Assembly (NCBI GenBank): GCA_965243135.1
Contig: OZ251539.1
Span: 2,656,001 to 2,720,000 of the forward strand
Reading direction: 5' to 3'
Length of the DNA: 64,000 nucleotides
From: Alphaproteobacteria bacterium
GTDB lineage: Bacteria > Pseudomonadota > Alphaproteobacteria > MPNO01 > UBA830
Made by a program: the position numbers and the translations under genes. Below the pieces are notes generated by a model. It searched no databases and was not told where the DNA came from. It saw only the letters and a list, made by a program, of their open reading frames with translations. Shown here one piece after another: positions 39,274-50,103 of this stretch (position 1 is the first letter of the stretch; every line of letters begins with the position of its first letter).

Positions 39274-40275
39274 TCAGGCGCCGCGCATGAGCTTCAGGAT
39301 CTCGGTGGCGGGAATGCCGTTCTCTTGCCATTCGGCCACGACTTCCCGTTCGAGCTTGGCAAGCATCGACAGCGCCTTGCGCACCTCCGCGTCCGGAAGC
39401 CTGACGAGATTGTGGGCGTCTGAGGCGGCCAGAAAGGCCATGCCCTTGGCGTGTTCGGCATCGTAAATTTTTCCTCCGGTCTCGCCCCAGTTGCTGCCGA
39501 CCGACTTCTCGATGATGTCGCGATGCGCCGGCGACAGCTCGTTCCAGCTTTGCTTGTTCATCACGATGAACATGGGCGAGGAGCCGAACGGGATCCCGCT
39601 CGCGAAGTGACGGGTCACTTCCTTGATCTTGAAAGTGTGCAGAACCGTCGGGGAGACGAGCACGCCGTCCACGGTTCCCCGGGCGAGGGCGTTGTAGAGC
39701 TTGGTGATCGGCATGGGCACCGGCACGGCGCCGAGGGCCTTGATCGACCGCGCAGACATCTGCGAGGGAGTGCGGAGCTTGAGGCCCTTGAGATCGGCGA
39801 CCGTCTTGATCGGCTTGTTCCTGGTCATGATGATCGGCGGATCGATAGCCCAAAGCGCCAGCACCTTGACCTGTTCGTATTCCTTGCGGAGCGCGGGGGA
39901 CTGGGCGTAGGCCGCGTTGAGGCGGCGGGTGCCGTCCTGCGCGCTGCCCATGACGTTGGAAAGTTCCACCAGGGTCGTGGCCCGGAACAGTTTCGAAGTG
40001 TAGCCCTGCAGGCCGAAAGAGATGTCGGCGACGCGGTCGAGCGCGCGCTTGAACTGCTTGGCCGGGCCCTTGCCCAGCTTGCCGGCCACGAACAGCTTCA
40101 CCTGAAGACCGGCGTTCATCGCGTTGATGTCTTTCGCCCACGGCGAAATCATGCGCGCGTTTACAGGGTGCTTCGGTCCGGTAAACGACGCGACTTTGAG
40201 TTCCGCGGCATCTGCCTGAGGCACTGCGAGCAGGCCGACTGCCGCGGTCAGAACGAGAGAAGTGCGCTTCATCAT
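39274..40275 (-). CDS. dctP: TRAP transporter solute-binding protein
   Basis: Signal peptide, DLKGLKLR, LGAVPV, YNALARGTVDG, MNKQSWNELS. Confidence 0.9.
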   Translation of the reverse strand: MMKRTSLVLTAAVGLLAVPQADAAELKVASFTGPKHPVNARMISPWAKDINAMNAGLQVKLFVAGKLGKGPAKQFKRALDRVADISFGLQGYTSKLFRATTLVELSNVMGSAQDGTRRLNAAYAQSPALRKEYEQVKVLALWAIDPPIIMTRNKPIKTVADLKGLKLRTPSQMSARSIKALGAVPVPMPITKLYNALARGTVDGVLVSPTVLHTFKIKEVTRHFASGIPFGSSPMFIVMNKQSWNELSPAHRDIIEKSVGSNWGETGGKIYDAEHAKGMAFLAASDAHNLVRLPDAEVRKALSMLAKLEREVVAEWQENGIPATEILKLMRGA

Positions 40276-40309
40276 CAGGGTGTCCTCCTGCCGGTGCGTT
40301 ATGATCGCG

Positions 40310-40338
40310 ATTGTGGAACAGGATTGGCGCGTCGTCAA
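40310..40338 (-). promoter_or_regulatory. Internal sigma70-type promoter for dctP
   Basis: TTGACG-N17-CACAAT on the minus strand, followed by AGGAGG RBS. Confidence 0.6.
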
Positions 40339-40655
40339 TCTTGAGGCGTCTGCACTGCGCCCTTTTTCGGGGCCGCCGCCCGGACGCGGGCATGTTCCGT
40401 CGAGAGAGCGCCGGGCGGTCGAGCAGCGGTGGAACGGCAATGGACCTGCAGCGTCGCTCCGCCCGCCCGTCGGCAGGGTCGCGAGGACGGCCGATCGTCA
40501 GAAAAGAAACGAATGTCCGGCCGCTGCGCGCAGCACAGCGGACTTGGGCCTGACCGCATCCCGAGCGCAGGCGGTCAGGGGGAAAGCGGTCGAACGACCG
40601 CAGCGATCCACTGCGCAGTTTTACCGGGCCCGCCGGCGCCTGAGGGCGGGAGCGA

Positions 40656-41969
40656 TCAATCGAAAGATTCGATCATCGTGTTGGGCAGGAACAGGGCCAG
40701 CTCGGGGACCGCCAGAAGAAAAAGCAGGCAAAGGGCCATTGCGATCCAGAACGGGACGATCCCGATGAAGATCTCCTTCAGCGGCACGTCTTCCGCGATG
40801 CCCTTCACGACGAACACGTTGACGCCCACCGGCGGGCTGATCAGCCCCATCTCGATCACGATCACGACCACGACGCCGAACCAGATGGAGTCGTACCCGA
40901 GCTCGACGATCAGCGGATGCACGATGGGCAGCGTCAACACCAGCATCGCGAAACCCTCGAGGAAGGTTCCCAGAATCATGTAGGCGGCCATGATGATCAG
41001 CATGATCGCCGTGCGCGGAAGCTCCGCGTCGATCAGCAGCGCGGCGAGATCGGAAGGAATTTCCGTCAGCGCCATGAACGGGTTGAAGACGTGCGCGCCG
41101 ATCAGGATGAAGAAGGCGAGACCGGTCGTGCGGATCGTCTGCAGCAGGACCCTGGACATCGAATCCGCGTTCACCCGTCTGCGCGTCAGAGCCAGAACGA
41201 AGGCCAGCATCGCGCCGACGGCGGCAGCTTCGGTCGGCGTGAAGACGCCGGTATAGATGCCGCCGATGGTAATCAACACGATAAGGATCATCGGTCCCGC
41301 CTGGGCGAGCGAGGACACCCGTTGACCGCCGGTGGACCGTGGGCCGGCCGGACCGAGACCTGGGTTGATCCGGGTCATTATCGCGATCGAAATCATGAAC
41401 AGCGTCGTCAGCAGCAGGCCCGGAACGACTCCCGCGAGAAACAGCCGCCCGATCGATTCCTCGACCAGGATGGCGTAGATGATGAAGCCCGTGCTCGGCG
41501 GGATGAGGATGCCGAGGGTGCCGCCGGCGGCGATGGCTCCGGTCGCGAGGCGGCTGGAGTAATTGTAGCGCCGCATCTCCGGCAGCGCGACGCGGCCCAT
41601 CGTCACGGCCGAGGCCACGGACGAGCCCGACAAGGCGGCGAAGCCGGCGCAGGCGGCGATGGTCGCAGAAGCCAGCCCGCCGCGCCAGTGGCCCAGACAG
41701 GAATAGGCCGCCGCGTAGAGGTCGCGGCTCATCCCGGATATCGAGGCGAAATTGCCCATGAGGATGAAGAGCGGAATCACGATGAATTCGTAGTTCGACA
41801 CGATGACCCACGCTTCGTCGGCCAGCGTCGACATCGCCGCGTTCCAGCTGTTGAGCGCCCAGATGCCGGCGACGCCCAACAGCGTCATCACGATCGCCAC
41901 CGGCATGCGCAGACCGAGCAGCGCGAACAGGGCGAGCAGCCCCAGGATCCCGACCCAAGTGGGACTCAT
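40656..41969 (-). CDS. dctM: TRAP transporter large permease
   Basis: IPLFILMG, SGSSVA, GGTLGILIPPS, FTPTEAA, SPPVG. Confidence 0.93.
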   Translation of the reverse strand: MSPTWVGILGLLALFALLGLRMPVAIVMTLLGVAGIWALNSWNAAMSTLADEAWVIVSNYEFIVIPLFILMGNFASISGMSRDLYAAAYSCLGHWRGGLASATIAACAGFAALSGSSVASAVTMGRVALPEMRRYNYSSRLATGAIAAGGTLGILIPPSTGFIIYAILVEESIGRLFLAGVVPGLLLTTLFMISIAIMTRINPGLGPAGPRSTGGQRVSSLAQAGPMILIVLITIGGIYTGVFTPTEAAAVGAMLAFVLALTRRRVNADSMSRVLLQTIRTTGLAFFILIGAHVFNPFMALTEIPSDLAALLIDAELPRTAIMLIIMAAYMILGTFLEGFAMLVLTLPIVHPLIVELGYDSIWFGVVVVIVIEMGLISPPVGVNVFVVKGIAEDVPLKEIFIGIVPFWIAMALCLLFLLAVPELALFLPNTMIESFD

Positions 41970-41973
41970 GCGT

Positions 41974-42492
41974 TCATGGCGGCGGCGCGTCTGCCTCGCC
42001 GCGCCAGGCGCGCAGCGCCATCACGAAAAACGTCAGGGCGAATACGGCGCTGCCGGCAATCATGACGGCGATGAACGGGGAGTGCGGGATTTCGATCAAT
42101 TCCGTCGCTTCGCCGATTTCCATCGCGTCGCCTAACAGGACGATGCAGCGCCAAGTCAAGAGCGCCACCAGCAGCGAAGAAAGGATCCGCATCGTCACGT
42201 CCGTCCAGCGGGTGAGATTGGGGCGTCCGAGTCCGGAAATCACGTCGACGGCGATATGCCCGCCGGTCCAGCCGCAGTAAGCGAAACCGAGGAACGCCAC
42301 CGGCACGAGGCTGACCGAGGCGAGGTCCGTTCCGCCCAGCGGGGGCGCGTTGAAAACGCGGCGCATCAGGACCGAATAGCAGACGAGCGCCATCAGCCAC
42401 ATCAAGGCGACGCCTGCGACGATCGCCATCGCCTTGACCGAGCGGTCGAGCGCCTTTTCGGCCCCGGTAAATTCTACGGTATCCCGCTCCAT
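41974..42492 (-). CDS. dctQ: TRAP transporter small permease
   Basis: 4 TM segments, GHIAVD. Confidence 0.88.
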   Translation of the reverse strand: MERDTVEFTGAEKALDRSVKAMAIVAGVALMWLMALVCYSVLMRRVFNAPPLGGTDLASVSLVPVAFLGFAYCGWTGGHIAVDVISGLGRPNLTRWTDVTMRILSSLLVALLTWRCIVLLGDAMEIGEATELIEIPHSPFIAVMIAGSAVFALTFFVMALRAWRGEADAPPP

Positions 42493-42561
42493 CCCGCTCC
42501 CCGCTTCGCCCGGCGACGGACTTGCCGTCCGGCCGGCAGGGTTCGCGCGCCGTTCGAGAGG

Positions 42562-42638
42562 TGGCGCACCCGACAGGATTCGAACCTGTGACCTCTGGCT
42601 TCGGAGGCCAGCGCTCTATCCGGCTGAGCTACGGGTGC
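42562..42638 (-). tRNA. tRNA-Arg(CCG)
   Basis: 77 nt GCACCCGTAGCTCAG...CTGGC-CTCCGAA-GCCAG...GTTCGAATC...GGGTGCGCCA; encoded CCA. Confidence 0.97.
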
Positions 42639-42841
42639 GATGCGCCGTTCCGCCGCCATTGATAGCACGGAGCAGGATTCGCGGCAAGCGCTCGCGCGAG
42701 GAAGCGACGCCCAGCACCTGCGGCTCTCCGCCGATTTCCTTCCGTTTCGGCGTTCTTGCGCGGGCATTCCCAGATGGGGAAGGCGGTTCGCGGTCGCAGT
42801 TCCGACGGCGTCCCGCAACGGGACGCCGCCCGGACCGCCCT

Positions 42842-43111
42842 CTACTCCTTGGCGCGTTCGATGATCACCCTGCCCCGTCCGCGCCGAATGTGGTAACCGC
42901 CGCGCGGAATTCGCAACTTGCCTTCTTCGACCATAGGCGTGAGGGCGGCGGTGAGCACCGCGACGCCCGGGTCCTCGGGAGCCTCTTTGCTCTGCTGCCC
43001 CATCCATTTCCCGAACGCGTCGTCGGCGATATCCGGTCCGAGCGATTTCCTCAGAGCGGTGAGTTTACGTAGCTGACCTTTCGTCAGTTGGCTTTCGTCG
43101 AAGCTTGTCAT
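42842..43111 (-). CDS. Small basic hypothetical protein
   Basis: LTKGQLRKLTALRKSLG..AFGKWM..GYHIRRGRG; AGAGG RBS; own candidate promoter. Confidence 0.75.
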   Translation of the reverse strand: MTSFDESQLTKGQLRKLTALRKSLGPDIADDAFGKWMGQQSKEAPEDPGVAVLTAALTPMVEEGKLRIPRGGYHIRRGRGRVIIERAKE

Positions 43112-43162
43112 CGATCCTCTTTCCATTGTTTATGTCCCCGAGGGGACGAACGCAACGACGCG

Positions 43163-43192
43163 AATCTAGTGCAATCCGGAGTCGAAAGTCAA
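43163..43192 (-). promoter_or_regulatory. Candidate promoter of the small basic protein
   Basis: TTGACT-N18-TAGATT. Confidence 0.5.
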
Positions 43193-44107
43193 CGGGCGTT
43201 TCGAATCTTTATCGGGAATTTTTTCGGCAGAGAAGCGACGCATCGGCGGCGAACGGCCGGGCGAGGCCCAATCGCCGCTCGTCCGTTCTACGCGCCGACG
43301 GGCAGTTGCGAGACGGAAACCGAATCGGAACAGGCGTTCGCGACTCCGGCCCGCAACCGCTGCGGCGTGGAAAATCGTCGCCGTCCATCGTGGAACGCAG
43401 GCGCGAATCGACATTGGTTCGGCATTGGCTCAAACGGGCGAACGCTTTCCGGATTTTCGCTTGCAGTCGTCCGTTAAGCGGTCTCCTCGCGCCTCCGCCG
43501 TAGCCGCCTCGGTTCGTTCGTCCGAACGTCGCTTTGTCTTCCGATGCATGCAAGCGTACAGGGCGCAATCTCCATGCGTTCGGAGGCATTGTTCCTGGCG
43601 GAAAAGGCGTTCGTTCCGTCAGCAACGAAACGTCGTTGTATTTTCGTCGGATCGCAAGAATTTGCGCGAAAAGCGACGGCTTCTCCCCTCTGCGGTCGGC
43701 GAAGCCACCGAATCCGCGTCGATCCGGAGCTCGTTCGAGCTGCCGGGGATTTTCTGGAACGCTCGCCGCAGCCGCCGTTTTCGGCTCGAGCCTGCCGTCC
43801 GCGCCGCTGTCCCCGGAAAACGAGCGCTACGTTGCCAAGAACTGCGCGACGGACGGCCGTTGGCCGACAATCCCGACAGCCATTTCGAACGCGGCGGGCC
43901 GAATTTTTTTGCGCGTTGCGGCGCGACGCGCCGGCATTTCGTTGCGCGACGAAGCGCGGGCCTCGGGCTTCGCGCGTTCGGCGTTCGAACCGCGCGCATT
44001 CGAAGCAGGGCTTCGGCGGACGACTTCCCGTCGGCATTCCGCGCAGTTGCGGTCGGAGAGAGGCGAACTTCCCGAAAGCGGCCGGCCCGCGGCGCGCAGG
44101 GAAACTC

Positions 44108-45247
44108 TTAGCCGCGAACGGAAGGGGGAGTTTCGCGAATGCTTTCGCGCGACTCCGATCTCAAGCGTTGCCGCGCGGACCGATGCCCGCGCCCCGCGGT
44201 GATTCGCGCGCCGGCCCCGAAGAGCGGAGCGAGAAACGGAAGATCCACAAGGCCCGGTCGCCGGGCGGCGCCGGATTTCGATCGAAGCGACATCGCCGCC
44301 GGGGCGTCCGAGCCAGAGGGCAACGGGGCCGCGGAGTCCGCGATCCAGGCCGCTATGTCGTCGAGCGCGACCTGCGCGTTCAGGTCGCGCAACAGCATGT
44401 GCCAGCCGTCCCGGTAAAGGACGACCCGGGCGTGCGCCCTGCGGAACAAGGCGAGCGCGGGTTCCGGAGGGACGAGTTCGTCCCGCGCGCCGAAAAGGAC
44501 CAGCGACGGCAACCGCGGCGCGGCGGCGAGGGCCGCATCCATTGCGTTCACCAATCCCTCGACGGCGTCGATCCGCGTCCGCTTGACGATCAGCGGATCG
44601 CGGCCGAGCGCGCGCAGCATTCCGACGTTGTCGGACGCCTGCACGTTCAACCCTTCGGCGGTGAGCGGATACCAGGGGATGGTCCGAGCCGTCAACCAGA
44701 GAGCCGCGCTCGCGAAGAAGCCGAGCCGGCGCCGGCCGCGCAGCGCCGGAGCGACGAGAACGAGCCCGTCCGCCCGCAGCGTCGGCGCCGCAATCATGGC
44801 GATCGCTCCGCCCATGCTCTCGCCCAGCACGTAGACCGGAATGCCGGGATGGCGGGTCCGGACGAGATCGAGGGCGGCGGCGGCGTCCGCCGCCATGGTC
44901 TTGTGACCGGCCCAGATGCCACGGTGCGGCGCTTCGCCGAACCCGCGCTGATCGTACGCGTAGGTGGCGATGCGCTTTTTCGTCCAGTATTCTCCGGGTC
45001 GTTCGAAGGCGCGGGAATAATCGTTGAAGCCGTGGAGCGCAAGGATGACGGCGCGCGGCCGCCGGTCCGGCATCCAGCGCCTCAGCGGAAGGACCGCGCC
45101 GTCCGCGGCGACGATCCGGTCGTCTTTCAGTTGCGGCGGCGAGAGGAAGGGGCCGGCCGGCTCGACGCGAGGAGCGCACGCGCCGAGCGCCAGCGCGCCG
45201 CAAAGCGCCGCGAAAATCGTCGGCAGGGGCGGTTGCCTTACCGGCAC
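44108..45247 (-). CDS. Alpha/beta hydrolase (lysophospholipase-like), probable lipoprotein
   Basis: Lipobox LGAC, LHGFNDY, DQRGFG, GESMGG. Confidence 0.88.
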   Translation of the reverse strand: MPVRQPPLPTIFAALCGALALGACAPRVEPAGPFLSPPQLKDDRIVAADGAVLPLRRWMPDRRPRAVILALHGFNDYSRAFERPGEYWTKKRIATYAYDQRGFGEAPHRGIWAGHKTMAADAAAALDLVRTRHPGIPVYVLGESMGGAIAMIAAPTLRADGLVLVAPALRGRRRLGFFASAALWLTARTIPWYPLTAEGLNVQASDNVGMLRALGRDPLIVKRTRIDAVEGLVNAMDAALAAAPRLPSLVLFGARDELVPPEPALALFRRAHARVVLYRDGWHMLLRDLNAQVALDDIAAWIADSAAPLPSGSDAPAAMSLRSKSGAARRPGLVDLPFLAPLFGAGARITAGRGHRSARQRLRSESRESIRETPPSVRG

Positions 45248-45325
45248 GTTCGACTATCATTTCCCGCCGCGCCGGCTTTCCCGGGCGGGCGGGAAACGCG
45301 CTTGCAGGCTGCGGAGAAACGGAAA

Positions 45326-45487
45326 ATGCTGTTGCCGCCCGATATCGTCGAGGTCGAGACGACGGAAGTGTCCTGCGACGGCGGGGAACTCGGACATCCG
45401 AAAGTGTATCTGGCCCTGCAGGACGGCGAGGTCGAATGCCCGTACTGCGACCGCAAGTTCGTTCTCAAGCCGCGTTCCGCCCCCTGA
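45326..45487 (+). CDS. zf-CHCC zinc-finger protein
   Basis: VSCDGGELGHPKVYL..VECPYCDRKF. Confidence 0.88.
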   Translation: MLLPPDIVEVETTEVSCDGGELGHPKVYLALQDGEVECPYCDRKFVLKPRSAP

Positions 45488-45500
45488 CGGGCCGGCCGCC

Positions 45501-46037
45501 TCAGACCGGCGCCAGCACCATCACCATCTGACGGCCTTCCATTTTCGGAAACTGCTCGATCCTGCTCGTTCCGTCGAGGTCGCTTCGCACCCGGTCCAGA
45601 ACGGCGAGGCCGCGCTCCTGGTGCGCCATCTCCCGGCCTCGAAAGCGCATCGTCACCTTCACCTTGTCGCCGTCGTCGAGAAACTTCCTCATGAACCGCA
45701 TCTTGATTTCGTAGTCGTGATCGTCGATTCCGGGCCGAAGCTTGATTTCCTTGACCTCTATCGTCTTCTGCTTTTTGCGGGCTTCGTTCTTCTTCTTCTG
45801 CTCCTCGTATTTGAACTTTCCGTAATCCATGATCTTGCAGACCGGCGGAGCGGCTCCGCCGGCGACGACGACGAGGTCCATGCCTGCATGCGACGCGTAA
45901 TCGAGCGCTTCGCTTCGGGAGACAACGCCGATTTGCTGGCCGTCGGCGCCGATCAGACGCACCTCGGTCGCCTGGATCGTTTCGTTCACGGGCCGCTCGT
46001 CCCGCACGGGCGGCGCCATCATTGGAGGTCTTGCGAT
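45501..46037 (-). CDS. infC: Translation initiation factor IF-3 (probable ATC start)
   Basis: [22 protein letters not shown]; AAGGAG 7 nt before an in-frame ATC. Confidence 0.95.
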   Translation of the reverse strand: MARPPMMAPPVRDERPVNETIQATEVRLIGADGQQIGVVSRSEALDYASHAGMDLVVVAGGAAPPVCKIMDYGKFKYEEQKKKNEARKKQKTIEVKEIKLRPGIDDHDYEIKMRFMRKFLDDGDKVKVTMRFRGREMAHQERGLAVLDRVRSDLDGTSRIEQFPKMEGRQMVMVLAPV

Positions 46038-46092
46038 GGATTTTCTCCTTTGCTCGTTTGTCTTTCCGGTCCGGCTCGTTCCGCCGTCGGCG

Positions 46093-48009
46093 TCATGGTG
46101 AACGGCATCCGTCCGCAAGTCTAGCCACAGCCTCTTCGAGCGCAAGAACTTCCTGTTCCTTGCCGCCGAGGCTGCGCAGCGCGACCCTGCGGTTCTCCAC
46201 CTCGCGCCGGCCGACCACAAGAATGGCGGGCACCTTGGCGAGGCTGTGCTCGCGCACCTTGTAGTTGATCTTTTCGTTGCGAACGTCGAGTTCCGCCCGA
46301 ACGCCTGCGCCCTCCAGCGCGCTCCGGACTTCCTCGGCCCAGGCGTCGGCGTCCGACGTTATCGTCGCCACGACGGCCTGAACCGGCGCCAGCCACATCG
46401 GCAGGCGCCCGGCGTAGTGCTCGACCAGGATGCCGATGAAGCGTTCGAACGAGCCCAGAATCGCCCGGTGAAGCATGACCGGGCGGTGCTTCCTTCCGTC
46501 CTCGCCGACATAGGCGGCGTCCAGCCGCTCCGGCAGCACGAAATCGACCTGCAGCGTGCCGCACTGCCAGTCCCGCCCGATCGCGTCGCGCAGCACGAAT
46601 TCCAGCTTGGGGCCGTAGAACGCGCCCTCGCCCGGGTTCGGCTCGTAGTCGAGGCCGGTCGCCTCGACGGCCTCCACGAGCGCCGCTTCGGCGCGGCTCC
46701 AGACCGCGTCGTCGCCCGCCCGCACCGGCGGACGGTCGGCGAACTTCACCGCCACGTCGGAGAACCCGAAATCGGCGTAGACGCTCGTCAGCAGTTCGCA
46801 GAACGCCGCCGTTTCGGACGTGATCTGGTCCGCCGTGCAGAAGATGTGCGCGTCGTCCTGGGTGAAGGCCCGCACCCGCATCAACCCGTGCAGCGCCCCC
46901 GAAGGCTCGTAGCGATGGCACGAGCCGAACTCCGCCATGCGCAGCGGCAGGTCGCGGTAGCTGGTGATGCCCTGGCGGAATATCTGCACGTGGCCCGGAC
47001 AGTTCATCGGCTTCAGCGCCAGAATCCGGTCGTCGTCGGTTTCCGCGGTGAACATGTGCTCGCGGAACTTGTCCCAATGGCCGGACGCTTCCCAGAGCCC
47101 GCGGTCGATGAGCTGCGGCGTCTTCACCTCGACGTAGCCGGCTTTCTCGAGGCGCTTCCGGACGTAGGACTCGAGCGCGCGGTACAGCGTCCAGCCCTTG
47201 GGATGCCAGAAGACGCTGCCGACGGCCTCCTCCTGGAAATGATACAGCTCCATCTCGCGGCCCAGCCGCCGGTGGTCGCGCTTTTCCGCCTCCTCGAGCC
47301 GTTCGAGATGCGCGGCCAGTTCCTTTCCGTCCCGCCACGCGGTGCCGTAGACCCTCTGCAGCATTTCGTTGCGGGAGTCTCCGCGCCAATAAGCGCCCGC
47401 CACGCGCAGCAGCTTGAAGCCGCCGCCGACGTGGCCGGTGGACGGAAGGTGCGGCCCGCGGCACAGGTCGAACCACTCCCCCTGCCGGTAGATCGAAACG
47501 GTTTCGCCGGCCGGGAGGTCGCGGACGATCTGCGCCTTGTAGCTCTCGCCGAGGCCTTCGAAGAGGCGGATCGCCGCCTCCCGGTCCATCTCCTCGCGCG
47601 CGAACGCTTCGTCGCGGCCGACGATTTCGCGCATCCCGGCCTCGATCTTTTCGAGATCGTCGGTCGTGAACGGCGCGTCGCGCGCGAAATCGTAATAGAA
47701 ACCGTTTTCGATCGCCGGGCCGATGGTCACCTGCGTGCCGGGGTAGAGGCGTTGCACGGCTTCCGCCATGACGTGCGCCGCGTCGTGCCGGATCAGTTCC
47801 AGCGCTTCGTCGGACTTGCGGGTTACGATCTCGACGGCGGCGTCGCGATCGATCGGCCGGGCGAGATCGCGGATTTCTCCGTCGATCCTGACGGCGATCG
47901 CCGCCTTCGCCAGGCCGGGTCCGATATCGGCCGCGAGTTCCGCTCCGGTCACCGCGTGGCCGAAGCGGCGTACGCTGCCGTCCGGCAGGGTGATGTTCAC
48001 GCCGTCCAT
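46093..48009 (-). CDS. thrS: Threonyl-tRNA synthetase
   Basis: [42 protein letters not shown]. Confidence 0.97.
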   Translation of the reverse strand: MDGVNITLPDGSVRRFGHAVTGAELAADIGPGLAKAAIAVRIDGEIRDLARPIDRDAAVEIVTRKSDEALELIRHDAAHVMAEAVQRLYPGTQVTIGPAIENGFYYDFARDAPFTTDDLEKIEAGMREIVGRDEAFAREEMDREAAIRLFEGLGESYKAQIVRDLPAGETVSIYRQGEWFDLCRGPHLPSTGHVGGGFKLLRVAGAYWRGDSRNEMLQRVYGTAWRDGKELAAHLERLEEAEKRDHRRLGREMELYHFQEEAVGSVFWHPKGWTLYRALESYVRKRLEKAGYVEVKTPQLIDRGLWEASGHWDKFREHMFTAETDDDRILALKPMNCPGHVQIFRQGITSYRDLPLRMAEFGSCHRYEPSGALHGLMRVRAFTQDDAHIFCTADQITSETAAFCELLTSVYADFGFSDVAVKFADRPPVRAGDDAVWSRAEAALVEAVEATGLDYEPNPGEGAFYGPKLEFVLRDAIGRDWQCGTLQVDFVLPERLDAAYVGEDGRKHRPVMLHRAILGSFERFIGILVEHYAGRLPMWLAPVQAVVATITSDADAWAEEVRSALEGAGVRAELDVRNEKINYKVREHSLAKVPAILVVGRREVENRRVALRSLGGKEQEVLALEEAVARLADGCRSP

Positions 48010-48134
48010 GTTCCGTTCGCCAGATTCCAGAATTCGACTGCCGCCGCGCCGGGCGTTTAACGCAATCCCGCCGTCGCGGCAACCTCGGCGCCGCGGTCCG
48101 CCGCCGGTTCCGGCGGCGGCGAGCGGACGTTCCG

Positions 48135-49268
48135 TCATGCTTCGAGAAGTTCGCGGTAAACTGACATCGTCCGGTCGCACATCAGGGTTTTCGTGAAGTT
48201 CTTCTCTATATGGTCGCGCGTGCGCCGGGCGTTGGCGACCCTCTCTTCGGGCGTCATCGCCAGCGCCTCGCGCAGCGCGCGCGCGAGCGACGCCGGTTCG
48301 CGGGCCGGGACGAGCCAGCCGTTCTCGCCGTCGATCACCGTCTCCCGCAGGCCGCCGAGGTCGGTCACGATGACGGGACGGCCCATCGCCTGCGCCTCGA
48401 CGGAGACGCGGCCGAACGGTTCCGGTTCGACGGGAGCGAAAACCACGGCGTCGGCCAGCATGTAGGCGGCGGCCATGTCGCGGCAGGGCTCGGTCAGGCG
48501 CACGATCCCCTCCAGCCCGTTCCGCCGGATCTGCGCCCGGAGTTTCTTCCGGTAACGCGGGCTGCCGTGGTCCGCGCCGACGAGCAGTATGCGGTAGTTC
48601 GGATGATCGAGCTGGCGGGCGGCCTCGACGAGGACGCTGTATCCCTTGCGTCGGCTCGGCCGGCCGGGCGACATGATGACGTACGCGTCGTCCGGCAGGC
48701 ACCACTCCCGCGCCAGCTGGACGATGCGCTCCTGCGACACCGCGTGAGGATCGAAGATGTCGGTGTCGACGCCGCGAGGGATGGTCCGCAGCCGGTCCGC
48801 CGGAACGCCGTAGACTTCCGACACGTGGCGTCTCGTGAATTCGGATACGGCGATGACGAGATCGCCGCTCGCCATGACGCTGTTGTACGGCTTCTTCAAC
48901 GGGTAGCCGCCGCCGTAAAGCCCGTGGAAGGTGGTGACGAAGGAAACGCCCTGGCTCCGCGCGGCCGCGCGGGCGCTCCAGGCGGGCGCGCGGCTTCGGG
49001 CGTGCACGATATCGATTTCGTAGTGGCGGATGATCCTTTCGATGAGCGCCACGTTGCGCCGCATCGTCCAGGGGTTCTTCGAGCACAGCGGCGCCGTTAC
49101 GTGAATCCCGCCCGCCCGCTCGACGTCCTTGGTCATGGTGCCGCCGGCCGAGGCGACGACCGCTTTCCATCCCTCGGCCGCCAAGGCCGCGGTGATTTCG
49201 ACGGTGCCGCGTTCGACGCCGCCGAATTCCAGACGGGGCAGCACCTGCAGAACGGTGGGAACTTTCAC
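48135..49268 (-). CDS. Glycosyltransferase family 4
   Basis: [30 protein letters not shown]; GTG start after GAGGAG. Confidence 0.9.
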   Translation of the reverse strand: MKVPTVLQVLPRLEFGGVERGTVEITAALAAEGWKAVVASAGGTMTKDVERAGGIHVTAPLCSKNPWTMRRNVALIERIIRHYEIDIVHARSRAPAWSARAAARSQGVSFVTTFHGLYGGGYPLKKPYNSVMASGDLVIAVSEFTRRHVSEVYGVPADRLRTIPRGVDTDIFDPHAVSQERIVQLAREWCLPDDAYVIMSPGRPSRRKGYSVLVEAARQLDHPNYRILLVGADHGSPRYRKKLRAQIRRNGLEGIVRLTEPCRDMAAAYMLADAVVFAPVEPEPFGRVSVEAQAMGRPVIVTDLGGLRETVIDGENGWLVPAREPASLARALREALAMTPEERVANARRTRDHIEKNFTKTLMCDRTMSVYRELLEA

Positions 49269-49296
49269 CGTTCGCTCCTCGATAGTATTACTGACG

Positions 49297-50103
49297 ATGG
49301 ACGCGTCCAACGAAGGCCGACGCCCGATGAACTCGGACAGCGAACCTCGACCGGGGATACTATCACGCAACGGCGCGACAATCGCGTACCGGCGGATCGA
49401 CGGCGCGACTCCCGGAGTCGTGTTTCTCGGCGGCTTCATGTCGGACATGCAGGGAACCAAGGCCCTGGCGCTGGAACGCCATTGCCGGGCGGCGGGCCGC
49501 GCCTTTCTGCGCTTCGACTACCAGGGGCACGGCGAGTCCTCGGGCGAGTTCGCCGACGGCACGATCGGAGTCTGGACGGACGACGCCCTGGCGGCGCTCG
49601 ACCGCTGCACCTCCGGCCGGCAAATACTGGTGGGATCGTCGATGGGCGGATGGATCATGCTGCTGGCGGCTCTCGCCAGGCCGCGCCGCGTGGCCGGGCT
49701 GGTGGGCGTGGCGGCCGCGCCGGATTTCACGGAGGACCTGTTGTGGGAACGCCTCGACGACGCGCGCCGCGAGGAGCTGGCCGTCGAGGGAATCTGCATG
49801 ATGCCGGGCGGCGGCGAGCCCGTCACCATGAAGCTTGTCGAGGACGGAAGGAAGCGCCTGCTTCTGCGGCGGCCGATACCGCTGCGCTGCCCGGTCCGCC
49901 TGCTTCACGGCATGCGGGACGAGGACGTGCCGTGGACGACGTCGATCCGCCTGGCGGAGCGGCTGCTTTCCGACGACGCGCGGGTCGTCCTCGTCAAGGA
50001 CGGCGATCACCGGCTTTCGCGCGACGGGGATATCGGTTGCCTGACGGGCGCGGTCGACGAACTCGCGGGCAGGCCCGCGATGGCCCGCAGCCCGGCGCGA
50101 TAG
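49297..50103 (+). CDS. Alpha/beta hydrolase (ABHD10-like)
   Basis: GFMSDMQGTKA, GSSMGG, KDGDHRLS. Confidence 0.88.
   Translation: MDASNEGRRPMNSDSEPRPGILSRNGATIAYRRIDGATPGVVFLGGFMSDMQGTKALALERHCRAAGRAFLRFDYQGHGESSGEFADGTIGVWTDDALAALDRCTSGRQILVGSSMGGWIMLLAALARPRRVAGLVGVAAAPDFTEDLLWERLDDARREELAVEGICMMPGGGEPVTMKLVEDGRKRLLLRRPIPLRCPVRLLHGMRDEDVPWTTSIRLAERLLSDDARVVLVKDGDHRLSRDGDIGCLTGAVDELAGRPAMARSPAR

Noticed and set aside
42562-42638. tRNA-Arg as the attachment site of an integrated island
   Set aside because: I found no integrase and no duplicated tRNA 3' end in the window.
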